Shown piece after piece: positions 28,501-44,157 of a stretch of DNA of 64,000 nt (its first letter is position 1; each line of letters opens with the position of its first letter). Position numbers and translations under genes: made by a program. Below the pieces are notes generated by a model. The model was not told where the DNA came from and made no database searches. It worked only from the letters and a program-made list of their open reading frames with translations. The DNA is from Eledone cirrhosa (lineage: Eukaryota): assembly GCA_964016885.1 (NCBI GenBank), contig OZ024753.1:23684001-23748000 (forward strand). The letters run 5' to 3'.

Positions 28501-31500
28501 TGACAGTAGTACATTGTTGGTACCTACCTTATCTTGGTAGTGACAGTGATACATTGTTGGAACCTACGTTATCTTGGTAGTGACAGTAGTACATTTTTGG
28601 TACCTACCTTATCTTGGTAGTGACAGTAATATATTGTTGGTACCTACTTTATATTGGTAGTAACAGTAATATTGTTGGTAGTGACAGTAATACACGCTGG
28701 TCCCTAGTTTATCTTGGTAGTGACAGTAGTACATAATTGGTTTCCTATTGTATATTTGTAGTGACAGTAATACACTGTTGGTACCTATTTAATCTTGGTA
28801 GTGACAGTAATACACTGTTGGAACAAACTTTATATAGGTAGTGACTGTAGTACACTGTTGGTACCTACTTTACCTTCGTAGTGACAGTTATACATTGTTG
28901 GTACCTACTTTATATAGGTAGTGACAGTAGTACATTTTTGGTACCTACTTTTTATTGGTAGTGTAATTAGTATATTCTTGGTACCTACTTTATCTTGGTA
29001 GTGACAGTAATACATTTTTGTTACGTACATTATCTTGCTAGTGACAGTAATAAACGTTTGGTACCTAGTTTATTTTGGTAGTGACAGTAGTACATTATTG
29101 GTCCCTAATTTATCTAGGTAGTGACAGTAGTACATTGTTGGTACCTATTTTATATTGGTAGTGACAGTATTACATTGTTGGTACCTACTTTATCTTGTTA
29201 GTTACAGTAATACATTGTTGGTACCTATATTATCTTGGTAGGGACCGTAGAAAATTGTTGGTATCTACTTTATCTTGGTAATGACTGTAGTACACTGTTG
29301 GTATCTACTTTACCTTCGTAGTGACAGTTATACATTGTTGGTACCTACCTTTTCTTGGAGGTCACAGTAGTACATTGTTGGTACCTTCTTCATCTTGGTA
29401 GTGACAGTAGTACACTGTTGGCCCCCACTTTATCTTGGTAGTTACAGCAATACATTGTTGTTACCTACTTTATCTTGGTAATGACAGTAATACATTCTCG
29501 GTACCTATTTTACCTTGGTAGTGACGGAAATACATTTTTGGTATCTAAATTATCTTGGTAGTGACAGTAATACACTGTTGGTACCTATTTTATCTTGGTA
29601 GTGACAGTAATACACTGTTGGTACATACTTTATCTTGGTAGTGACAGTAATACATTGTTGGTATCTACATTATCTTGGTAGTGACAGTAAGACACTATTG
29701 GTACTTATTCCATCTTGGTAGTGAAGGTAATACAATGCTGGTACCTACTTTATCTTTGTAGTGACAGTGAGACGACATTGTTGATGCCTACTTTATCTCG
29801 GTACTGACAGTAATACATTGTTGGTACCTACTTTAACTTGGTAGTGACAGTAATACATTTTTGGAACCTACTTTATCTAGGTAGTGATAGTAATACATAG
29901 TTGGAACCTACTTTATCTTGGTAGTGACAGTAGTGCATTGTTGTTACCTAGTTTATCTTGGTAGTGAGAGTAATACATTGCTGGTACCTATTTTATCTTG
30001 GTAATGACTGTAGTACCCTATTGGTACCTACTTTATCTTCGTAGTGACGGTTATACATTGTTGGTACCTACTTTATCTTGGTTGTGCAGTAGTACATTGT
30101 TGGTACCTACTTTATATTGGTAGTGAAATTAGTACATTGTTGGTACCTACTTTATATCGGTAGTGACAGTAATACTCGGTTGGTACCTAGTTTATCTTGG
30201 TAGTGAGAGTAGTACATTATTGGTACCTATTGTTTCTTGGTAATGACAGTAATACATTGTTGGTATCTACTTTATATTGGTAGTGACAGTAGTACACGGT
30301 TGGAACCAACTTTACATAGGTATTGACAGTAACACATTGTTGGTACCTACTTTGTCTCGGTAGTGACAGTAGTACATTTTTGGTACCTACGTTGTCTTGG
30401 TATTGACGGTAGTACACTCTTGGTACCTACTTTATCTTGGTGGTGACAGTAATACATTGTTGGTACCTACGTTATCTAGGTAGTGACAGTAGTACACTTT
30501 TGGTACCTACTTTAACTTGGTAGTGACAGCAATACATTATTGGTACCAATATTATCTTGGTAGTGACAGTAGTACATTGTTGGTACCTGCTTTATATTGG
30601 TAGTAAAATTAGTACATTATTGGTACATATTTTATCTTGGTAGTGACAATGTATTACACTGTTGGTACCTACTTTATCTTGGTGGTGACAGTAATACACT
30701 GTTGGTACATACTTTATCTTGGTAGTGACAGTAATACATTGTTGGTATCTACTTTATATTGGTAGTGACAGTAGTACACGGTTGGAACCAACTATACATA
30801 GGTATTGACAGTAATACATTGTTGGTACCTACTTTGTCTCGATAGTGACAGTAGTACATTGTTGGTACCTACGTTGTCTTGGTAGTGACAGTAGTACATT
30901 GTTGGTACCTACTTTATCTTGTTAGTTACATTAATACATTGTTGGTACCTATATTGTCTTGGTAGGGACCGTAGAAAATTGTTGGTATCTACTTTATCTT
31001 GGTAATGACTGTAGTACACTGTTGGTATCTACTTTACCTTCGTAGTGACAGTTATACATTGTTGGTACCTACCTTTTCTTGGAGGTCACAGTAGTACATG
31101 TTTGGTACCTTCTTCATCTTGGTAGTGACAGTAGTACACTGTTGGCCCCCACTTTATCTTGGTAGTGACAGCAATACAGTGTTGGTACCTACTTTATCTT
31201 GGTAATGACAGTAATACATTCTTGGTACCTACTTTACCTTGGTAGTGACGGTAATACATTTTTGGTACCTACATTATCTTGGTAGTGACAGTAATACACT
31301 GTTGGTACCTATTTTATCTTGGTAGTGACAGTAATACACTGTTGGTACATACTTGATCTTGGTAGTGACAGTAATACATTGTTGGTATCTACATTATCTT
31401 GGTAGTGACAGTAAGACACTGTTGGTACTTATTCCATCTTGGTAGTGAAGGTAATACAATGTTGGTACCTACTTTATCTTTGTAGTGACAGTGAGACGAC

Positions 31501-34500
31501 ATTGTTGATGCCTAATTTATCTCGGTACTGACAGTAATACATTGTTGGTACCTACTTTAACTTGGTAGTGACAGTAATACATTTTGGGAACCTACTTTAT
31601 CTAGGTAGTGATAGTAATACATTGTTGGAACCTACTTTATCTTGGTAGTGACAGTAGTACATTGTTGGTATCTATTTCATCTTGGTAATGACTGTAGTAC
31701 ACTATTGGTACCTACTTTATCTTCGTAGTGACGGTTATACATTGTTGGTACCTACTTTATCTTGGTTGTGACAGTAGTACATTGTTGGTACATACTTTAT
31801 ATTGGTAGTGAAATTAGTACATTGTTGGTACCTACTTTATATCGGTAGTGACAGTAATACACGGTTGGTACCTAGTTTATCTTGGTAGTGAGAGTAGTAT
31901 ATTATTGGTACCTATTGTTTCTTGGTAATGACAGTAATACATTGTTGGTATCTACTTTATATTGGTAGTGACAGTAGTACAGGGTTGGAACCAACTTTAC
32001 ATAGGTATTGACAGTAACATATTGTTGGTACCTACTTTGTCTCGGTAGTGACAGTAGTACATTGTTGGTACCTACGTTGTCTTGGTATTGACGGTAGTAC
32101 ACTCTTGGTACCTACTTTATCTTGGTGGTGACAGTAATACATTGTTGGTACCTACGTTATCTAGGTAGTGACAGTAGTACACTTTTGGTACCTACTTTAT
32201 CTTGGTAGTGACAGCAATACATTGTTGGTACCAATATTATCTTGGTAGGGACTGTAGTACATTGTTGTTATCTACTTTATCTTGGTAATGACAGTAATAC
32301 ATTGTTGGTACCTACTTTACCTTGGTAGTGACTGTAGTACATTGTTGGTACCTGCTTTATATTGGTAGTAAAATTAGTACATTATTAGTATATATTTTAT
32401 CTTGGTAGTGACAATGTATTATGCTGTTGGTACCAACTTTATCTTGGTGGTGACAGTAATACATTGTTGGTACCTACGTTATCTAGGTAGTGACAGTAGT
32501 ACACTTTTGGTACCTACTTTATCTTGGTAGTGACAGCAATACATTGTTGGTACCAATATTATCTTGGTAGGGACTGTAGTACATTGTTGGTACTTACTTT
32601 ATCTTCGTAGTGACAGTTATACATTGTTGGTACCTACTTTATCTTGGTAGTGACAGTAGTACATTGTTGGTACCTGCTTTATATTGGTAGTAAAATTAGT
32701 ACATTATTGGTATATATTTTATCTTGGTAGTGACAATGTATTACACTGTTGGTACCTACTTTATCATGGTAGTGAGAGTAAGACACTGTTGGTGGTGACA
32801 GTAATACCTTGTTGGTACCTACTTTATCTTGGTAGTGACAGTAGTACACTGTTGGCACCTACTTTATCTTGGTAGTGATAGTAATACATTGTTGGTACAT
32901 ACTTTATCTTGGTAGTGACGGTAGTACATTGTTGGTACCTACTTTATCTTGGTAGTGACAGTAGTACCTTATTGGTACCTACTTTATCTTGGTAGTGATA
33001 GTAGTACATTGTTGGTACCTACCTTATCTCGGTAGTGACAGTAATACATTGTTGGTACCTACTTAATCTTGGAAGTGACAGTAGTATACACTTGATACCT
33101 ACTTTATCTTGGTAGTCACAGCAATACATTGTTGGTACCTACTTTATCTTTGTCGTGACAGTAGTACATTGTTGGTACCTACGTTGCCTTGGTAGTGACG
33201 GTAGTACGTTGATGGTACCTACCTTATCTTGGTAGTGAGAGTAGTACATTGCTGGTACCTATTTTATCTTGGTAGTGATAATAGTACATTGTTGGTACCT
33301 ACTTTATCTTGGTAGTAACAGTAAGAGGACATTGTTGTTACCTACTTTGTCTTGGTAGTGACAGTAATACATTATTGGTACCTACTTTATCTTGGTAGTG
33401 ACAGTAATACATATTTGGTACCTACTTTATCTTGGTAGTGACAGTAGTTCACTGTTGATACCTACTTTATCTTGGTAGTGATAGTAGTACATTGTTGGTA
33501 CCTACCTTATCTTGGTAGTGACAGTAATACATTGTTGGAACCTACGTCATCTTGGTAATGACAATACTACACTATTGGTATCTACATTATCTTGGTAGTG
33601 ACAGTAGTACATTCTTGGTACCTACTTTATCTTCGTAGTGACAGTTATACATTGTTGGTACCTATTTTATCTTGGGGTGACAGTGGTACATTGTTGGTAC
33701 CTACTTCATATTGGTAGTGAAATTAGTACATTGTTGGTACCTACTTTATCTTGGTAGTGACAGTAATATATTGTTGGTACCTACTTTATATTGGTAGTAA
33801 CAGTAATATTGTTGGTAGTGACAGTAATACACGCTGGTCCCTAGTTTATCTTGGTAGTGACAGTAGTACATAATTGGTTTCCTATTGTATATTTGTAGTG
33901 ACAGTAATACACTGTTGGTACCTATTTTATCTTGGTAGTGACAGTAGTACACTGTTGGAACCAACTTTATATAGGTAGTGACTGTAGTACACTGTTGGTA
34001 CCTACTTTACCTTCGTAGTGACAGTTATACATTGTTGGTACCTAGTTTATATAGGTAGTGACAGTAGTACATTTTTGGTACCTACTTTTTATTGGTAGTG
34101 AAATTAGTATATTATTGGTACCTACTTTATCTTGGTAGTGACAGTAATACATTGTTGTTACGTACATTATCTTCCTAGTGACAGTAATAAACGTTTGGCA
34201 CCTAGTTTATTTTGGTAGTGACAGTAGTACATTATTGGTCCCTAATTTATCTAGGTAGTGACAGTAGTACATTGTTGGTACCTACTTTATCTTGGTAGTG
34301 ACAGTAGTACATTGTTGGTACCTACTTTATCTTGTTAGTTACAGTAATACATTGTTGGTACCTATACTATCTTGGTAGGGACCGTAGAAAATTGTTGGTA
34401 TCTTCTTTATCTTGGTAATGACTGTAGTACACTGTTGGTATCTACTTTACCTTCGTAGTGACAGTTATACATTGTTGGTACCTACCTTTTCTTGGAGGTC

Positions 34501-37500
34501 ACAGTAGTACATTGTTGGTTCCTTCTTCATCTTGGTAGTGACAGTAGTACACTGTTGGCCCCCACTTTATCTTGGTAGTGACAGCAATACATTGTTGGTA
34601 CCTACTTTATCTTGGTAATGACAGTAATACATTATTGGTAACTACTTTACCTTGGTAGTGACGGTAATACATGTTTGGTACCTAAATTATCTTGGTAGTG
34701 ACAGTAATGCACTGTTGGTACCTATTTTATCTTGGTAGTGACAGTAATACACTGTTGGTACATACTTTATCTTGGTAGTGACAGTAATACATTGTTGGTA
34801 TCTACATTATCTTGGTAGTGACAGTAAGACACTGTTGGTACTTACTCCATCTTGGTAGTGAAGGTAATACAATGCTGGCACCTACTTTATCTTTGTAGTG
34901 ACAGTGAGACGACATTGTTGATACCTACTTTATCTCGGTACTGACAGTAATACATTGTTGGTACCTACTTTAACTTGGTAGTGACAGTAATACATTTTTG
35001 GAACCTACTTTATCTAGGTAGTGATAGTAATACATTGTTGGTACCTACTTTATGTTGGTTGTGACAATAGTACATTGTTGGTACCTACTTTATATTGGTA
35101 GTGAATTAGTACATTGTTGGTACCTACTTTATATCGGTAGTGACAGTAATACACGGTTGGTACCTAGTTTATCTTTGTAGTGAGAGTAGTACATTATTGT
35201 ACCTATTGTATCTTGGTAGTGACAGTAATACACTGTTGGTACCTACTTTATATTGGTAGTGACAGTAGTACACGGTTGGAACGAACTTTACATAGGTATT
35301 GCCAGTAACACATTGTTGGTACCTACTTTGTCTCGGTAGTAACAGTAGTACATTGTTGGTACCTACGTTGTCTTGGTATTGACGGTAGTACACTCTTGGT
35401 ACCTACTTTATCTTGGTGGTGACAGTAATATATTGTTGGTACCTACGTTATCTAGGTAGTGACAGTAGTACACTTTTGGTACCTACTTTATCTTGGTAGT
35501 GACAGCAATACATTGTTGGTAGCAATATTATCTTGGTAGGGACTGTAGTACATTGTTGGTACCTACTTTATCTTGGTAATGACAGTAATACATTGTTGCT
35601 ACCTACATTATATTGGTAGTGACAGTAATACACTGTCGGTACCTACTTTTTCTTGGAGGTGACAGTAGTACATTGTTGGAACCTACTTTATATTGGTAGT
35701 GACAGTAATACATTGTTGGTACTTACGTTATTTTTGTAGTGACAGTAGTACACTGTTGGCACCTACTTTATCTTGGTAGTTACAGCAATACATTGTTGGT
35801 ACCTACTTTATCTTGGTAGTGACAGTAGTACATAGTTGGTACCTACATTGTCTTGGTAGTGACAGTAATACATTGTTGGTACTTACTTTATCTTGGTAGT
35901 GACAGTAATATTGTTGATACCTACATTATCTTGGTAGTAACAGTAATACACGGTTGGTACCTAGTTTATCTTGGTAGTGACAGTAGTACATTATTGGTAC
36001 CTATTGTTTCTTGGTAATGACAGAAATACGTTGTTGGTATCTACTTTACATTGGTAGTGACAGTAATAAATTGTTGGTACCTACTTTATGTTGGTAGTGA
36101 CAGTAGTACACTGTTGGTATCTACATTATCTTGGTAGTGAATGTAGTACAATCTTGGTACCTATTTTATCTTGTTAGTTACAGTAAAATTGTTGGTACCT
36201 ACATTATCTTGGTAGTGACAGTAATAAACTGTTGGTACCTACTTTATCTTGTTAGTGACAGTAGTACACTGTTGGAACCAACTTTATATAGGTAGTGACT
36301 GTAGTACACTGTTGCTACCTACTTTACCTTCGTAGTGACAATTATACATTGTTGGTACCTACTATATATTGGTAGTGACAGTAGTACATTGTTGGTACCT
36401 ACTTTATCTTTGTAGTGACAGTAATACATTTTTGGTACGTACATTATCTTGGTAGTGACAGTAATAAACGTTTGGTACCTAGTTTATTTTGGTAGTGACA
36501 GTAGTACACTATTGGTACATAATTTATCTCAGTAGTGACAGTAATACATTGTTGGTACCTTCTTTACCATCGTAGTGACAATTATACTTTGTTGGTACCT
36601 ACTTTTTATTGGTAGTGACATTAGTACATTGTTGGTACCTACTTTATCTTGGTAGTGACAGTAATACATTGTTGGTACTTACTTTATCTTGGTAGTGACA
36701 GTAATATTGTTGATACCTACATTATCTTGGTAGTGACAGTAATACACGGTTGGTACCTAGTTTATCTTGGTAGTGACAGTAGTACATTATTGGTACCTAT
36801 TGTTTCTTGGTAATGACAGTAATACATTGTTGGTACCTTCTTTATCCTGGAAGTGAGAGTAATACATTTTTGGTACCTACATTATCTTGGTAGTGACAGT
36901 AGTACACTGTTGGCACCTAATTTATCTTGGTAGTAATAGCACTACATTGTTGGTACCTACTTTATCTTGGTAATGACAGTAATACATTATTGGTACCTAC
37001 TTTACCTTGGTAGTGACGGTAATACACTTTGGTACCTATTTTATCTTAGTAGTGACAGTAATACACAGTTGGTACCTACTTTACCTTGGTAGTGACAGTA
37101 ATACATTGTTGGTATCTACATTATCTTGGTAGTGACAGTAATACATTTTTGGTACCTACTTTATCTTGGTAGTGACAGTAATACACTCTCGGTACCTACA
37201 TTATCTTGGTAGTGACAGTAAGCCATTTTTGTTACCTACTTTATTTTGGTAGTGACAGTAATACACTGTTGGTACCTACTTTATCTTGGTAGTGACGGTA
37301 AGACGACATTGTTGGTACCTACTTTATCTTGGTTTTGACAGTAAGCCATTTTTGTTACCTACTTTATCTCGGTAGTGACAGTAATACACTGTTGGTACCT
37401 ACTTTATCTTGGTAGTGGCAGTAATACACAGTTGGTACCTACTTTATCATGGTATTGACAGTAATACATTGTTGGTACCTACTTTATATTGGTAGTGACT

Positions 37501-40500
37501 GTAGTACATTGTTGGTACCTATTTCTATCTTGATTGTGACAGCAGTACATTGTTGGTACCTAGTTTATCTTGGTAGTGACAGTAGTACATTGTTGGTACA
37601 TAGTATATATTGTAGTGACAGCAGTATATTGTTGTTCCCTACTTCATTATGGTAGTGACAGTAATACAATGTTGGTACCTACTTTATATTGGTAGTGACA
37701 GTAATACATTGTAGGGACCTACATTATCTTGGTAGTGCCAGTAATACATTGTTGGTACCTACTTTATCTTGGTAGTGATAGTATTACATTTTTGGTACCT
37801 ACTTTATCTTGGTAGTGACATTAGTACATTGTTGGTACCTACTTTATCTTTGTAATGACAGTAATACATTGTTGGTACCTGCTTTATCTTGGTAGTGATA
37901 GTAATACACTGTTGGTATCTATTTTAACTTGGTAGTGACAGTAAGACACTGTTGGTACCTAATTTACATTGGTAGTGACAGCAGTACATTGTTGGTACCT
38001 ATTTTTATCTTGATTGTGACAGTAGTATATTGTTGTTACCTACTTTATCTTGGTATGAGAGTAGGACATTGTTTGTACCTACTTTATCGTGGTAGTGACA
38101 GTAATACACTGTTGGCATGCCCTTTATCTTGGTAGTGACTGTAGTACATTGTTAGTACCTACTTTATATTGGTAGTGACAGTAATACACTGTTGTTATTT
38201 ATTTTAACTTGGTAGTGACAGTAAGACACTGTTGGTACTTATTTTATCTTGGTAGTGAAAGTAATATATTGTTGGTACTTACTTTATCTTGGTTGTGTCA
38301 GTAATAAATTGTAGGTACCTACATTATATTGGTAGTGACAGTAATATATTATTGGTCCCTAATTTATCTTAATAGTGATAGTAGTACATTGTTGGTACCT
38401 AATTTATATTGGTAGTGACACTAGTACATTGTTGGTACCTACTTTATCTTGGTAATGACAGTAATACATTTTTGGTACCTACTTTACCTTGGTAGTGACA
38501 GTAATACACTGTTGGTACCTACTTTATATTGGTAGTGACAGAACATTGTTGGTACCTAGTTTATCTTGGAGGCGACAGTAATACATTGTTGGAACATAAT
38601 ATATATTGTAGTGACAGTATTACATTGTTGGTACCTACATTATCTTGGTAGTGACAGCAGTACATTGTTGGTACCTACTTTTTCCTGGTAGTGTCAGTAA
38701 TACATTGTTGGTACCTACTTTATCTTGGTATTGACAGTACTACATTGTTGGTACCTACTTTATCTTGGTAGTGACAGAAATACTTTGTTGGTAGCTAAAT
38801 TATCTTGGTAGTGACAGTAATATGACATTGTTGGTACCTACTTTATCTTGGTAGTGAAAGTAATACATTGTTGGTACCCACTTTATCTTGGTAGTGATAG
38901 TAGTACATTGTTGCTACCTACTTTATCTTGGTAGTGAGAGTAAGACGACAATGTTGGTACCTACTTTATGTAGGTAGTGACAGTAATACACTGTTGGTAC
39001 CTATTTTATCTTGGTAGTGACAGTAGTACATTGTTGGTACCTACTTTATCTCGGTAGTGACAGTATTACATTATTGGTACCAACTTTATCTTGGTAGTGA
39101 CAGTAATACATTGCTGGTAGCTACATTATCTTGGTAGTGACAGTAATACACTGTTGGTACCTACTTTATATTGGTAGTGACAGTAGTACATTGTTGGTAC
39201 CTATTTTTATCTTGATTGTGACAGTAGTACATTGTTTGTACCTACGTTATCTTGGTAGTGACAGTAAGACACTGTAGGTACCTACCTTATCTTTGTAATG
39301 ATAGTAGTATATTGTTGGTACCTACTTTATCTTGGTAGTGAGACTAAGACGAAATTGTTGGTACCTACATTATCTCGGTAGTGACAGTAATTCATTGTTG
39401 GTACATACTTTAACTTGGTAGTGACAGTAATACATTGTTGGTACCTACTTTATATTGGTAGTGACAGTAGTACGTTGTTGGTAACTATTTTTATCTTGAT
39501 TGTGACAGTAGTACATTGTTGGTACCTAGTTTATCTTGGTAGTGACAGTAGTACATTGTTGGTACATAGTATATATTGTAGTGACAGCAGTATATTGTTG
39601 TTCCCTACATTATCTTGGTAGTGACAGTAATACAATGTTGGTACCTACTTTCTCTTGGTAGTGACTGTAATACATTGTAGGTACCTACATTATGTTGGTA
39701 GTGACAGTAATACATTGTTGGTACCTACTTTATTTTGGTAGTGATAGTAGTACATTGTTGGTACCTACTTTATCTTGGTAGTGACATTAGTACATTGTTT
39801 GTACCTACTTTATCTTGGTAATGACAGTAATACGTTTTTGGTACCTATTTTACCTTGGTAGTGACAGTAATACGTTTTTGGTACCTACTTTACCTTGGTA
39901 GTGACAGTAATACATTTTTGGTACCCACTTTATCTTGGTATGAGAGTAAGACATTGTTGGTAGCTACTTTATCTTGGTAGTGACAGTAATACACTGTTGG
40001 TACGTACTTTATCTTGGTAGTGACAGTAGTACATTGTTGGTACCTACTTTATATTGGTAGTGACAGTAATACACTGTTGGTTTCTATTTTAACTTGGTAG
40101 TGACAGTAAGACACTGTTGATACTTATTTTATCTTGGTAGTGATAGTACATTGTTGGTCGCTACTTTTATCTTGGTAGTGACAGTAAGAAGACATTGTTG
40201 GTACCTACTTTATCTCGGTAGTGACAGTAATACATTGTTGGTACCTACTTTACCTTGGTAGTGACAAATAATACTCTGTTGGTACCTACTTTATCTTGGT
40301 AGTGACAGTAATACAATGTTGGTACCTACTTTCTCTTGGTAGTGACTGTAATACATTGTAGGTACCTACATTATGTTGGTAGTGACAGTTATACATTGTT
40401 GGTACCTACTTTATATTGGTAGTGAATGTAATACATTATTGGTACCTACTTTATCTTGGTAGTGACAGTACTACATCGTTGATACCTGCATTATCTTGGT

Positions 40501-43500
40501 AGTGACAGTAGTACACTGTTGTTACTTACTTTATCTTGGGAGTGACTGTAAGACATTTTGGTACCTACTTTATATTGGTATTGACAGTAAGCCATTTTTG
40601 GTACCTACTTTATCTTGGTAGTGACAGTAAGACATTGTTGGTATCTACTTTATTTTGGTGGTGACTGTAATACATTGTTGGTACAGAATATATATTGTAG
40701 TGACAGTAGTACATTGTTGGTACCTACTTTATCTTGGTAGTGACAGTAATACATTTTTGGTACCTACTTTATCTTGGTAGTGACAGTAATACACTCTTGG
40801 TACCTACATTATCTTGGTAGTGACAGTAAGATATTATTAGTATCTACTTTATCTTGGTATTGACAGTAAGCCATTTTTGTTACCTACTTTATGTTGGTAG
40901 TGACAGTAATACACTGTTGGTACCTACTTTATCTTGGTAGTGACGGTAAGACGACATTGTTGGTACCTACTTTATCTTGGTTTTGACAGTAAGCCATTTT
41001 TGTCACCTACTTTATCTCGGTAATGACAGTAATACACTGTTGGTACCTACTTTATCTTGGTAGTGACGGTAAGACGACATTGTTGGTACCTACTTTATTT
41101 TGGTAGTGACAGTAATACACAGTTGGTACCTACTTTATCATGGTATTGACAGTAATATATTGTTGGTACCTACTTTATATTGGTAGTGACAGTAGTACAT
41201 TGTTGGTACCTATTTCTATCTTGATTGTGACAGTAGTACATTGTTGGTACCTAGTTTATCTTGGTAGTGACAGTAGTACATTGTTGGTACATAGTATATA
41301 TTGTAGTGACAGCAGTATATTGTTGTTCCCTACTTTATTATGGTAGTGACAGTAATACAATGTTGGTACCTACTTTATATTGGTAGTGACAGTAATACAT
41401 TGTAGGTACCTACATTATCTTGGTAGTGACAGTAATACATTGTTGGTACCTACTTTATCTTGGTAGTGATAGTAGTACATTGTTGGTACCTACTTTATCT
41501 TGGTAGGGACATTAGTACATTGTTGGTACCTACTTTATCTTTGTAATGACAGTAATACATTGTTCGTACCTGCTTTACCTTGGTAGTGACAGTAATACGT
41601 TTTTGGTACCTACTTTATCTTGGTAGTGATAGTAATACACTGTTGGTATCTATTTTAACTTGGTAGTGACAGTAAGACACTGTTGGTACCTAATTTACAT
41701 TGGTAGTGACAGCAGTACATTGTTGGTACCTATTTTTATCTTGATTGTGACAGTAGTACATTGTTGTTACCTACTTTATCTTGGTATGAGAGTAGGACAT
41801 TGTTGGTATCTACTTTATCGTGGTAGTGACAGTAAGACACTGTTGGTACTTATTTTATCTTGGTAGTAAAAGTAATATATTGTTGGTACTTACTTTATCT
41901 TGGTTGTGTCAGTAATACATTGTAGGTACCTACATTATATTGGTAGTGACAGTAATACATTATTGGTCCCTAATTTATCTTAATAGTGATAGTAGTACAT
42001 TGTTGGTACCTAATTTATATTGGTAGTGACACTAGTACATTTTTGGTACCTACTTTATCTTGGTAATGACCGTAATACATTTTTGGTACCTACTTTACCT
42101 TGGTAGTGACAGTAATACACTCTTGGTACCTACTTTATATTGGTAGTGACAGAACGTTGTTGGTACCTAGTTTATCTTGGTAGCGACAGTAATACATTGT
42201 TGGAACATAATACATATTGTAGTGACAGTATTACATTGTTGGTACCTACTTTATCATGGTAGTGACAGCAGTACATTGTTGGTACCTACTTTTTCCTGGT
42301 AGTGTCAGTAATACATTGTTGGTACCTACTTTATCTTGTTATTGACAGTAGTACATTGTTGGTACCTACTTTATCTTGGTAGTGACAGAAATACTTTGTT
42401 GGTAGCTAATTTATCTTGGTAGTGACAGTAAGATGACATTGTTGGTACCTACTTTATCTAGGTAGTGACAGTAATACATTTTGTGTACCTACTTCAATTT
42501 AGTAGTGACCGTAATACATTGTTGGTACCTACTTTCTCTTGGTATTGATAGTAATACATTGTTGGAACCTACTTTATCTTGGTAGTGACAGTAATATATT
42601 GTTGGTATCTATTTTATCTTGGTAGTGACAGTAGTACATTGTTGGTACCTACTTTATCTTGGTTGTGAAATTAGTACATTTTTGGTACCTACTTTATCTT
42701 GGTAGTGACAGTAATACGTTGTTGGTACCTACTTTATATTGGTAGTGACAGTAATACATTGTTGGTACCTACATCATCTTGTTAGTGACAGTAATACACT
42801 CTTGGTACCTACTTTATCTTGGTAGTGACACTAATACATTGTTGGTATCTATTTTATCTTGGTAGTGACAGTAGTACATTGTGGTACCTACTTTATATTT
42901 GTTGTGAAATTAGTACATTGTTAGTACCTACTTTATTTTGGTAGTGACAGTAATACATTGTTGGTACCTACATCAGCTTGGCAGTGACAGTAATACATTT
43001 TTGGTACCTACATCATCTTGGTAGTGACAGTAATACATGGTTGGTACCTAGTTTATCTTGGTAGTGACAGTAGTGCATTATTGGTACCTATTGTATCTTG
43101 GTAGTGACAGTAATACACAGTTGGTACCTACTTTATCTTCGTTATGTCAGTAGTACACTGTTTGAACCTACTTTATATAGATCGTGACAGTAATACATTG
43201 TTGGTATCTATTTTATCTTGGTAGTGACAGTAGTACATTGTTGGTACCTACTTTATCTTGGTTGTGAAATTAGTACATTTTTGGTACCTACTTTATCTTG
43301 GTAGTGACAGTAATACATTGTTGGTATCTATTTTACCTTGGTAGTGACAGTAGTACATTGTTGGTACCTACTTTATATTTGTTGTGAAATTAGTACATTG
43401 TTAGTACCTACTTTATTTTGGTAGTGACAGTAATAAATTTTTGGTACCTACATCATCTTGGTAGTGACAGTAATACATGTTTGGTACCTAGTTTATCTTG

Positions 43501-44157
43501 GTAGTGACAGTAGTGCATTATTGGTACCTATTGTATCTTGGTAGTGACAGTAATACACAGTTGGTACCTACTTTATCTTCGTTATGTCAGTAGTACACTG
43601 TTTGAACCTACTTTATATAGATCGTGACAGTAATACATTGTTGGTACCTTATTTGTCTTGGTAATGAGAGTAATATATTGTTGGTACATACTTTATCTTG
43701 GTAGAGACAGTAATACATTGTTGGTACCTTATTTGTCTTGGTACTGCGAGTAATATATTGTTGGTACATACTTTATCTTGGTAGTGACAGTAATACACTG
43801 TTGGTACCTACTTTATTTTGGTAGTGACAGTAATACACTATTGGTACCTACTTTATCTTGGTAGTGACAGTAATACATTGTTAGTACCTACTTTATTTTG
43901 GTAGTGTCAGTAATACATTGTTGGTACCTACTTTATCATGGTAGTTACCGTAGTACACTGTTGGCACCTACTTTATCTTGGTAGTGACAGTAATACCTTG
44001 TTGGTACCTACTTTATGTTGGTAGTGACAGTAGTACATTTTTGGTACCTACTTTATTTTGGTAGTGAGAGTAGTGCATTGTTGGTACCTACTTTATCTTG
44101 GTAGTGACAGTTGTAGCGTGTTGGTACCTACTTTATCTTGGTAGTGACAGTAGTACA
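22520..44157. repeat. 40-bp tandem satellite, consensus GTAGTGACAGTAATACATTGTTGGTACCTACTTTATCTTG (~540 diverged units)
   Basis: Direct reading; GGTACC palindrome in most units; uninterrupted, single orientation. Confidence 0.98.

Noticed and set aside
22520-44157. CRISPR-like regular repeat with internal palindrome
   Set aside because: Contiguous 40-bp units with no unique spacers, no cas genes, eukaryotic context
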